A stretch of DNA of 64,000 nt. It comes from Candidatus Zhuqueibacterota bacterium. GTDB lineage: Bacteria; Zhuqueibacterota; Zhuqueibacteria; Thermofontimicrobiales; Thermofontimicrobiaceae. The notes under the pieces are model-generated. The model was given only the letters and a program-made list of their open reading frames with translations. It searched no databases and was not told where the DNA came from. Below, piece after piece: positions 31,405 through 41,500 of the stretch. The stretch is from positions 32,001 to 96,000 of the forward strand of contig JBMOPW010000034.1 in the NCBI GenBank assembly GCA_049322915.1, in the 5' to 3' direction. Numbering within the stretch: position 1 is the first letter of the stretch; every line of letters starts with the position of its first letter. Both the position numbers and the translations under genes were made by a program.

Positions 31405-32244
31405 TCAGAGGTTAATGTCCTCAAATGTATTTCCCTGGTTCACATCGCCGGTTTCAAAGCCTTTTTTGAACCAACTCTGGCGCTGTTCCGATGTCCCATG
31501 GGTGAAATCGTCCGGTACGACATATCCCTGGGATCTTTTCTGAATGCGGTCGTCGCCAACAGCGCTGGCAGCGTTGAGCGCTTCGTCGATATCGCCCTCT
31601 TCCAGAATATCATTCATCCGTTGCGCATGATGCGCCCAAACGCCGGCAAAAAAGTCGGCCTGCAGTTCCAGGCGCACCAGGTACTGGTTGAAGTCGCGCT
31701 GGCTCAACTTGTTTCGCATGGCCATCACCTTGTCGTTGATGCCTAACAGATTTTGAACGTGGTGCCCCACTTCATGGGCGATCACGTAGGCCATGGCAAA
31801 ATCGCCCGGCGCTTGAAATCGCTGGTGCAGCTCCTCAAAAAAAGACAGATCGATATACACTTTTTCATCGCCGGGACAATAGAACGGTCCGGACGCTGCG
31901 CTCGAAAAACCGCACGCAGACTGCACCGCATTGGTGTAAAGAACAAGCATGGGTTCGTGATAGTCCTGTCCCATTTGGCTGAACAACGCGTTCCAGACAT
32001 CCTCCGTGTCCTGCAAAACCACGGAAGCGAACTGCGCCAGTTGATTTTCCTCTGAGCTGCCGACATGTTCTGACACTGAAACCTGCTCCCCGACTTGCAT
32101 GGTGTTGAGCAATTCCAGGGGATTCCCGCCGAGAAGCCATACAATTAAAATGATGATCAATGTGCCTCCGCCGAGCGCTTTTTTGGAAGTCATGCCCCGA
32201 CGGTCTTCGACATTGGTACTCTGTTTTCTTCCGATCCAACGCAT
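31405..32244 (-). CDS. ypfJ: Neutral zinc metallopeptidase (YpfJ family)
   Basis: STNVEDRRG, GPFYCPGD, AHEVGHHVQ (HExxH), LELQAD, FTHGTSEQR; GGAGG RBS. Confidence 0.92.
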   Translation of the reverse strand: MRWIGRKQSTNVEDRRGMTSKKALGGGTLIIILIVWLLGGNPLELLNTMQVGEQVSVSEHVGSSEENQLAQFASVVLQDTEDVWNALFSQMGQDYHEPMLVLYTNAVQSACGFSSAASGPFYCPGDEKVYIDLSFFEELHQRFQAPGDFAMAYVIAHEVGHHVQNLLGINDKVMAMRNKLSQRDFNQYLVRLELQADFFAGVWAHHAQRMNDILEEGDIDEALNAASAVGDDRIQKRSQGYVVPDDFTHGTSEQRQSWFKKGFETGDVNQGNTFEDINL

Positions 32245-32280
32245 ATTTTCCTCCGATTTTAATACAGGGTGTGTGCACAA

Positions 32281-32309
32281 AATATAATGACATTTTTCTA
32301 AAAATACAA
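32281..32309 (-). promoter_or_regulatory. Putative sigma70 promoter for ypfJ
   Basis: Minus strand TTGTAT-17 nt-TATATT. Confidence 0.5.
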
Positions 32310-32329
32310 ACGATAATTTTGCCAACACC

Positions 32330-32650
32330 AAAGGCACTTGAGCGGATGGGATTGGTCTCCCATCCACTCAGTGTTCCGAATGTCATTATCGTGACAGCTC
32401 CAGGAAATTTGAGATGTTAACTCGAAGCGAAGGCCGGTTTTGAGGTTGACTTTGAGTTGGTTGGTTCGAGACCGGCTTACACCGGCGCGGGTCATTCGAT
32501 TTCTTCGATGATTTCGATACACGCCAACATGGTCGCTTCGGACGGTATGTATGTAAACTTTTGCAAAATAGAACCGCTTCTGATATGGGCTACCGATGGG
32601 TTCGCTCGCATCGGCAGCAAGCCATTCCGCTGATTGGTTTCGTTGAAAAC
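32330..32650 (-). ncRNA. Candidate small structured RNA
   Basis: Preceded by TTGACT-17-TATGTT (32684-32656); several hairpins; ends in a long GC-rich stem. Confidence 0.3.
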
Positions 32651-32876
32651 ACCGCAACATACTTAAAATAAAACCTCCAGTCAAGAGAAAAATCAATATT
32701 GTAAAATTGCAACAACCAACTTCATGGAATAGATATTGCAATTTCTTTGCTTATTGTTGTTTAGAGTAACAACTCATTTGGTCAAAATCCCTTGGCAACA
32801 ATGCAATACATGAGCAATCAGGCTTCTTGGTTTGAAAATACTCCTTCCTTAACATGGGGGAATGAGGAAGTACAGT

Positions 32877-32891
32877 GTCTCAATTTGAGAC
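32877..32891. promoter_or_regulatory. Perfect palindrome GTCTCAA-T-TTGAGAC, putative transcription-factor site
   Basis: Lies upstream of the CsgG operon; related copy at 46351-46368. Confidence 0.5.
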
Positions 32892-32960
32892 CAATACGCT
32901 TCATTCTTAACCATCTATCCAATCTGAAAAAATTCGTATAAATTTTTGAAAGGAGCATCG

Positions 32961-34334
32961 GTGAAAAAAATTCTAATTTCAGCCCTGCTTGGAATCGTTC
33001 TGGTTGGGTGCGCTTCCCAAAATCAGTTTCGTTCCGCAGATCAATTACTCGAACGGGGTGACTATACCAGCGCGCTCAAAGAGTATCTCGCTGTTGCCGA
33101 AGCGAGCGGCTCTCTGGTCACATCAAAAAATGTCCGCGCCCTGGAAGGAGCCATGATTGCCTATTTCAATATTGGCGAATACGCCAAATCCTTTTCGCTG
33201 AGCCGACAAATACTCACCTTTGATAAGTACAATAGCAGTGCTATTTTTTATGCCGGTATGAATTTGGAAAAGCTGAACAAGCTGACATTAGCGAAAAAGA
33301 TATTCCGTTACTACCTCGTCCTGTCCGATTATGATCCCTACAAAAGCCTCATCAAAGCCAAATTCAATGATCTCGTTCAAAAGGAAATGAAGATCCGAGC
33401 CAAATTAGCGATTCAGATGGAGAATAACATTAGTCTGGACCAGATCGATAGCAACACGCTGGCCGTTTTATATTTCATCAACATCATGGAAGATCCGGAG
33501 TGGGGGTCCATCGGAAAAGGATTGGCGGAGATGATGATTACCGACCTGGCCCAGGTGAAAAGCCTGAAAGTGATCGAGCGCATCGAGTTGCAAAAGCTGT
33601 TGGAAGAGTTGCAATTAGGCATGTCCGGCCTTGTCGATGAAAAAACGACGCCGCGAATGGGGAAGCTGCTCAAAGCTAAGATAGTGGTAAATGGTGCATT
33701 TACGGTCAATGCTGGTCAAAATTTAACCATAAATTCTGAGCCGGTGGACGTCACCGAAGCAAAAGTCTTCCAGGTCGGGGAGTTCAGCGGCATTCTGAAC
33801 GACATTTTCAGCATTGAAAAGAAAATTGTTTTTAACATTTTGGAAGAGCTGAATATTACACTCTCAGCCAGCGAGAAAAAGAAAATTGGAAAATTCGCCA
33901 CGAACAATCTGCAGGCATTTAAAGCCTACTGCAATGGTCTCGATGAATATGATTTTGGCAATTATGATACTGCAAATTCTTACTTTCAGCAAGCTGTTGA
34001 TATTGACCCAAATTTTTTACTCGCAGCGGACATGCTGAGCATTACCAGCGCCATGAACGTTATTGAGCGCGCCCATTTTGTGCAATTTCATTTCCGACCG
34101 AGGCAACGGGGAATTGGGCCGGGTGTTCACGCTCATTCCATGCGCGCTAGAAATTCGACGCAGTTTCGGCTGCAACAGCTTTCGCGTAATATGGCTCTCA
34201 TCTATCTGCCCGGGACAGAGTCACGGAACGGCTCTTCGGAAATAATTACCCGGGAAGATTTTTGGCGCGGCACGGACTGGCAGTTCCCGGCAGAGATTTT
34301 GCCGCCGCCGCCTGATCCACCGCCGGGCCGATAA
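32961..34334 (+). CDS. Lipoprotein with TPR, CsgG/HfaB-like and TPR domains, Pro-rich tail
   Basis: GTG start with AGGAG; lipobox LVG-C; LAVLYF..GLAEMMITDL..VIER..LLEELQL..GLVD..GKLL; ends LPPPPDPPPGR. Confidence 0.8.
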   Translation: MKKILISALLGIVLVGCASQNQFRSADQLLERGDYTSALKEYLAVAEASGSLVTSKNVRALEGAMIAYFNIGEYAKSFSLSRQILTFDKYNSSAIFYAGMNLEKLNKLTLAKKIFRYYLVLSDYDPYKSLIKAKFNDLVQKEMKIRAKLAIQMENNISLDQIDSNTLAVLYFINIMEDPEWGSIGKGLAEMMITDLAQVKSLKVIERIELQKLLEELQLGMSGLVDEKTTPRMGKLLKAKIVVNGAFTVNAGQNLTINSEPVDVTEAKVFQVGEFSGILNDIFSIEKKIVFNILEELNITLSASEKKKIGKFATNNLQAFKAYCNGLDEYDFGNYDTANSYFQQAVDIDPNFLLAADMLSITSAMNVIERAHFVQFHFRPRQRGIGPGVHAHSMRARNSTQFRLQQLSRNMALIYLPGTESRNGSSEIITREDFWRGTDWQFPAEILPPPPDPPPGR

Positions 34335-34387
34335 GCCCTCCAATGAATTTAAACAGAACATTGAGCACTCAAATTGGAGTTCATCCT

Positions 34388-35527
34388 ATGCAAAGGACAC
34401 GAATCATTTTAATTTTATCAGCGCTCCTGGGATTGTTAAGCGCAGTAACCGCCCAGAATTATTCTCCAATCATCGATACCGTAAAAGTACAACAGCGAGA
34501 CAATAGCTTCCTGGTTGATATTTACTACGACGTCATCGATACTGAATATGATTCGCTTATTGTGTTCATCCACGTATCCGAGGATAGCGGCGCGACGTTC
34601 AACGTCCCGGTGAATGCGCTGAGCGGTGACTTCGGATATCAAATTTACCCGGGCACAGACCGGCATATCGTCTGGGATGCCGGCAAAGACTATCCCGAGA
34701 AATTTGGCAAGAAATTCAAAGTGAAATTGACAGCCAGTGACACGAAGCTGAACCACGGGGAGGCGATTCCCCCGGGTGGATTTTACATGGGTGACAGCGC
34801 CGGATTCGATGATCCGCGCCATCTGATTGCGCTGGATGATTTCGAGGTGAGTCGTTACGAAGTGACGAATGCAGAATATCGTCTGTTTTGCGAAATGACA
34901 GATCGCGAATTTCCACCGGAAGGAGGATTGTTCCAGCCACCGAAAGGCTATTTTCTTGAATATAAAAATTACCCTGTGGTTGCCGTGAGCTGGTACGACG
35001 CTGTGCTGTATTGCAATTGGTTGAGCGAGCTACAGGGGCTGGAGCAATGTTACAACACAGTCAATTGGGTTTTCGATGAAACGAAGAACGGTTATCATTT
35101 GCCCACGGAAGCCCAATGGGAAAAAGCAGCGCGCGGCGGACTGGAAAAGATGCTTTATCCCTGGGGCGATGACCATCCGCCTGAAACCCGGGCGAACTAT
35201 CAAAATTACGCCGGCGATTTGATCACACTCATGGCCAACTTCGACGGACAGGGAAGAGGCACTCTGATGGTGGATACCCTAACCACCAATGGTCTTGGAT
35301 TGTATCAAATGGCCGGAAATGTCTGGGAATGGTGCAACGATTGGTACAATGATGAATATTATTATGACTCCCCTGATGAAAATCCACTTGGTCCGACGTC
35401 CGGTTCTGACCGAGTGATACGAGGTGGCGCATGGAATACCTCGGATATTTATCTTCATTGTGCGGCGCGGGATATGAAAGCGCCGGATAGAAAGCGGTAT
35501 GATATCGGTTTTCGGGTTGCACGTTAA
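34388..35527 (+). CDS. Secreted FGE-sulfatase (SUMF1/C-type lectin fold) domain protein
   Basis: Signal peptide; FYMG, YEVTNAEY, PVVAVSWYDA, LPTEAQWEKAARGG, MAGNVWEW, RVIRGG, IGFR. Confidence 0.9.
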   Translation: MQRTRIILILSALLGLLSAVTAQNYSPIIDTVKVQQRDNSFLVDIYYDVIDTEYDSLIVFIHVSEDSGATFNVPVNALSGDFGYQIYPGTDRHIVWDAGKDYPEKFGKKFKVKLTASDTKLNHGEAIPPGGFYMGDSAGFDDPRHLIALDDFEVSRYEVTNAEYRLFCEMTDREFPPEGGLFQPPKGYFLEYKNYPVVAVSWYDAVLYCNWLSELQGLEQCYNTVNWVFDETKNGYHLPTEAQWEKAARGGLEKMLYPWGDDHPPETRANYQNYAGDLITLMANFDGQGRGTLMVDTLTTNGLGLYQMAGNVWEWCNDWYNDEYYYDSPDENPLGPTSGSDRVIRGGAWNTSDIYLHCAARDMKAPDRKRYDIGFRVAR

Positions 35528-35568
35528 TGACGCATCGAATCAACTGAACAAAACATCACGAGGATAAC

Positions 35569-38500
35569 ATGAAAGCATACACATGGCAACGCGTTCTCTC
35601 ACTGGTCATTGCCATACATTTTCTGGGACTGTCGTTTGCACATGCCGACATCACATCAAAGCACAGCAATATTTTTACGCTGGATACTCGCGTTCAAAAT
35701 CCCGATCCGGTGGATGGCTGGCAGATCGTGACAAACCAGGGCAACACCTACAATGAAGATATCATCATCGATGACGTCGGCAAGGTATGGTGCTTTTATT
35801 TGAGAAACATCGGCCCGAACCCGCCAGTGTACATGAAGATTTTCACTTCGACAGGGTATATTTACAAGCACGAAACGGTTGTGGGGCATGCATCGCCTTT
35901 TACCTACTTCGTGCAGAATTCAATACGCGCCGCGCTCAATTCCGAGACTGGCGATGTCTGGGTGGCATTGGAGGGTAATTCCGGCGGTTATTTTGTCCGT
36001 TACGACTCCACCGGTGAGGTGGTTCAGGATTCCACGTTGCTCGCCGAAGAGTCTCATCTGCCCAAGATTATTGAAGGGACCGATGGTCAAATGTGGTTTT
36101 CGTGGCACACTTTCGCTAATGGCGGAGCCGAAAGTTTTGGGAAAATCGCAGCCTATTCTAACAGTGGCGCTCTTGCAATTCGACCCATATTTGTGAGTCA
36201 GTTTAATAATGTCTTCAATACAGATATTGCCATGGACGACAGCAATCAGATCTGGGTGGTGCTCGATAGCAATGACAATGGCAATTTCGCCAGCCGGTAC
36301 TGTGTGTTCAATGAGGATTTAGATCTCATCATCGCCGGCAATGTGATCAGCAATAATCCAATTCCATTGAACCCGCAGCGCCAGATTCTGGCTGACCGCA
36401 TCAATGGAAGGGTCTGGATTCTGGCCAAAAATGATACCACGCAAAAACAGAAACTCAATATGTATGGATTGGATGGTTCTCTTTTGACCAGCATCAACAA
36501 TGTCGGCGAATGCGCCTTTCTGAGAAATGAAACCAACCATCTGGAAGTGATGCGATTCAACAGCTCGGATCCATTGAACAAGCTGTACCAGATCGCCATG
36601 TTCAACGCGCAGGACGGAAGTCTATTTCAGGATTGGACCACTGAATTTGACAGCACCTACAGTTTTGTGAGAAATGGCTTGTCCTACGAGGGTGCTCAGA
36701 ATGGACTCAAAATCTACGCTGTCCATGAGGAAGAAAATTTAACCCGAATAAAATTTTTAGAGGTGACAGCCGGCTTGCCGGAAATTACGATCAGCCCGTC
36801 TTCCGTCAACTTCGATACAACGAAAATTATAAACGGTTACATTAAACATAAAGATATCAAAGTTTCCAATATCGGCAATGCAACTTTGGCGATCACGGAT
36901 ATCAACAATGAACGATCCAATTTCTTCGTGAGCGACACGGTCTTGCAGCTTTCGCCCGGGCAATCAGATAATATCACGGTTTATTTTGACCCGGCGGATA
37001 CGAACGTCCTTTACGACACGCTCATCGTTCACAGCAACTCCGTTCAGAATAATCCATTCGAAGTGGCGCTCGCCGGCAGAGGCTATAATCCCGGCTTCCC
37101 TGATATTTTGGTCAATCCAACAACCCTCGATTTTGACTCACTGGTCGTCAGGAATTCACTGATCAGGTATCTATATGTGTACAATCAGGACGTGTATGAA
37201 CACCTTGTGATTTCCTCGGTGACGTCACAAAGTCCGCACTTTAGCCATAGCACCGATGGCTTCACACTTGGGCCGAAAAGAGGCGAGTATATTGCTGTCA
37301 CGTTTCGGCCAACGTATGCCGGCACTCATCTGGATACTCTTTACATCAGCAGCAATGACCCGGAAAATCCCAATCTGGCAGTTCCGCTTTTTGGAGTAGG
37401 CCTCAGTGGAGAAGAACCGCAGATCGTTGTGGATGTTGATTCACTGTACTTCGGCGAATTGGCGCTGGGACGTGATAAAGTTTTGTATGTTGGCATTGAG
37501 AATGAAGGACAGACCACTCTGACCGTCAGCGAAATCGCTTCCAGTGATTCTCAGTTTACTGCGGAGCCGGCAGAATTCTCCCTGTCGCCGTATTCAAAGC
37601 GATATATTGCAGTAAATTTCCACGCCTACCGTCTTGGCGAAGCGCTTGCAACGCTGACGATTCAAAGCGATGATCTGGAATTTCCAGAATATAACATCAA
37701 ACTTGTTGGGATCGGTAGGGAAGAGTACCCGCCGTCCATTTCGGTTTACAGCGATTCGATCGATTTCGGCATTGTTCCCGTGGGAAATCAGAGTTTAAAA
37801 TACTTCTGGGTCATCAATGAAGGCGAACAAACGCTGGATGTAGAAAGCCTTGTCTCCAGTGACAAACAGTTCATAACCGATCGATCGAGTTTTTCCCTGA
37901 CGCCGGGCGGCGTTCAAATGGTCGCTGTCACTTTTGTTCCGGATGAACCGGGACTGATAAATGCCGAACTGATCCTTTCGAGCAACGATCCTGAAAATAG
38001 CAGAAAATCTGTGACACTCGTTGGGCAGGGGAGAAATTTAACAGAGCCCAATCTGGTTGTCAATGCGCAACAACTCGATTTTGGCGCCGTTGGCATTTCG
38101 CATTCTACGACCAAATACTTCACGGTTTACAATAGCGGCGAACAGACGCTTTCTGTGACGAACATTTATATCAGTGGGGTTCAGGGTAATCCGTACAACG
38201 TTCATCCCGGTTCATTCAATCTTTCGCCGTACCAATATCAGACCATCTATGTCACTTTCACGCCCAACGTGCTCGGCCAACTGAATGGGACGTTGAATAT
38301 CGAAAGTAACGATCCTCCGACCCGAACCGTGAGTCTGGTGGGAACAGGCCGTTTATTGAACGACCCGAACCTGTATGTGGATAAATCGCTTGTCTCTTTC
38401 AGCGAGACCGCCATTACCCGAACGACTAACTCCTACCTCTGGTTCAGCAACACCGGAGAGCAGGAATTGATCGTGGAAACAATGACCCATTCGGACACGA

Positions 38501-41500
38501 GCTTTTCGGTCAATATCGATAATTTTTCTCTCAACCCGGGCCAGAGCCAGTACGTGGTCGTTTCATTCGCTCCGAAACAAGTGGGCGAATATCTGGACAC
38601 GCTGAAAGTTTACAGTAACGATCCTGAAGACCGCCTGAAAAATATTGTACTCCTGGGATCGGGCAGAAATTTGTATTCTCAGAACATTCAAATCTCCAAT
38701 GACAGCCTTGCTTTTGGAGCGGTCCCCATTAATCAGCGCATTACGTACGGCCTGGTCGTTTACAACACAGGGGAACAGGATTTGACCATCAGCAATATTG
38801 GAAACGCTCTTCCTGAATTTCTGGTCGACACGCGCCAGTTCACCGTTTCGTCCAATTCCTATCGCACCCTTTATATCACCTTTGAACCGGACTCGCTAAA
38901 AGATTATAATGATGAATTATCGATTTCAAGCAATGACCCGGAGACGCCCGTCTCAACAGTGAAACTCAGCGGCATTGGAAGGAATTTGCTGGATCAAAAT
39001 CTCGCCACCGCTCCGGATAGTCTGTTCTTCGGCAGTATTGGTGTTGGTTTGAATCACACGATGAGTATCCAGCTTAGAAATATCGGAGAAAAGAATCTGG
39101 TCATTGATAGCATCCGGGTCACTCATCCGATGTTCTCTCTCAGCGGCCAGTCTGCGTTGACATTGTCGCCGGGCGCATCCCAGTGGCTGAATATCACATT
39201 TACTCCAACTGCGGTGGATACGTTCGACGCGGAACTCCATTTGTACAGCGACGACGTCGACTCCTCGGATTTCATTGTCCCGCTTCTTGGCTATGGCCGG
39301 GAATTGACCGGGCCGAATCTCGTCGTTTCTCCTGATGAATTGAATTTTCAGGATGTCCCTGTTCGCGGTATTGAGGAAGTCTTTTTGAGCGTTTACAATT
39401 CTGGCGAACAACATTTGAATATCACCGATATTCAGTCCGGAGATGTTCAATTCGTGCCGGCTCCTACAGAACTCACGTTAAGTCCGGGCGCGTCCCAATT
39501 GGTCAAAGTGACGTTCTCTCCCATGGCGATCGATACATTCGAAACTGAACTGATCTTTTTTAGCAATGACGGCGATAGCAGCGAATTTGAAGTTCCGATG
39601 ACTGGCATCGGTCGCGATTTGAGGGAGCAGAATTACGTCAGCAACGTCAAGTCTGTGGAATTCGGGGAAGTCATGCTTGGACAACGCATCACACGAAGCA
39701 TCACGTTCTCCAATAGCGGCGATCTTCCGCTTGTTCTTTACAATTGCACGACGACCGACACCCATTTTGTCTGCGCAACCGATTCGTTCATCGTCATCGG
39801 CGGCAGTGAGTATGCACTGCAAATAACATTTACACCGAGTGACACGCATTTTGTCCAGGCAGATTTGATTTTCAATACCAACGACCCTGATGTCTATTCA
39901 ACCACCATTCCGCTGCGAGGCTCAGGACAAATGGACACGCAGCAGATCGCTGTTTCGCCGGGCGCACTTTCTTTTGGCGATGTGAGAATTCATACAACGC
40001 GCAGCAGGTCAATTCAGGTGAGTAACTTTGGAGAGAAGACGCTCAATGTTTTCAATATCATTCCGACCGACACGGTTTACTCAACCAGCATTGGCAGTTT
40101 CTCTCTCATTCCCAACGAGACCCGAACTGTGTTCGTTTATTTCACTCCGGACACGATCAGATCTTATCAAGCGCAACTATTGTTTGTGAGCGATGATCCG
40201 GTCACGGATACTTTGGCCGTTATCCTGTATGGCGTTGGCAGAGATTCGCTGAGCGCGGCAATTACAACAAGCACCGACAGTCTGGGATTTGGTGAAGTCG
40301 CGGTGGACTTCTCTCGCTCCATTCACATGACCCTGTACAACTCCGGCGAAAAGACATTGCAGATCAGCAATATCACCACCACAGATTCTGTCTTCTCAGT
40401 CGGTCTGACGAATTTCAATGTCAATCCAAACTCTCAGGCGCTTCTGTTGGTTACATTCACGCCCGAAAGTATCACGAGCTACGCGGATACACTGACCATT
40501 TTCAGCAACGATCCGAACAACGACACGCTGCTGATTGAGCTCACCGGCATTGGCAGAAAGCAAAATGATCAGCATATTGCAGTCTCAGATACCTCGCTCA
40601 ATTTTGGCGTGGTGCCGACCGACCGATCGAGTACGAAAACTTTCTGGGTGTATAATAACGGTGAAAAGACGCTCGACGTCACTCAAATTGCAGTCAGCGA
40701 TTCGCAATACACGGTGAACAAAGAATGGCTACTCATTGCGCCGGGTCAGTATGAATACCTGCAGGTGACCTTCTCGCCAGATTTAGAAGATACAATTAAG
40801 GCCGTGCTGACGCTGACAAGCAATGATCCGGACGAATCTGATAAAACGATTCAACTCTCAGGGATAGGAGAATTGTACACCGGGCCAAGAATTATTGCCC
40901 TGAACAATTCACTGAATTTCGGCAATATGTTGATTGGCGCCACCAAAAAAATGACGTTCCGGGTTAAAAATCTGTCCCTGACTGATACCCTGATCATCAA
41001 TAACCTGACGTCGAATAACAGCAATTTTACCGTTTCAAAAAGTGAAATAAAAGCTCCTCCGATGGATAGCACGTCCATTCAGGTGACATACAAACCGAAT
41101 TCCATTGGCTATCATTCGGCTGCCCTGACGTTGTATTCCAATGATCTGTACCAGGAGCAGTTTAATTTCTGGGTATATGGACAGGGCATTTCCGAAAATG
41201 TCGGCACCAATTATTTAGCAAATCTGGGATGGAAAGTGAATGGGTATTCTCCATTCGGTCAGTATTTCAGCCCCAATCCGTATACAGATGACGTCCTGAG
41301 CGGTAGTGACATCCTGAACGATCCTAATGGCCGAGCCGACCGTGCCTGGTTCGTGAAAGATGTCTTCATTTATGACAATCCGGATACTGCGATTTTGAAT
41401 ATTTGCTATGATGATCAAATTTTTCTCTATGTCAATGGCACGTATGTTTACAATGACACCTCGGCCACGCCGCTCCACTGGAACATCGCTGATTTGAATG

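Noticed and set aside
32298..32741. 147-aa minus-strand ORF
   Set aside because: Overlaps promoter-like elements and strong hairpins and has atypical composition; treated as probably non-coding.
35400..35527. Diversity-generating retroelement targeting the FGE-fold C-terminus
   Set aside because: No reverse transcriptase and no template-repeat copy seen in this window; only a remote DGR remains possible.
36778..41187. CRISPR array or DNA tandem repeat
   Set aside because: Periodicity is at protein level only; no identical nucleotide repeats with spacers anywhere in the window.
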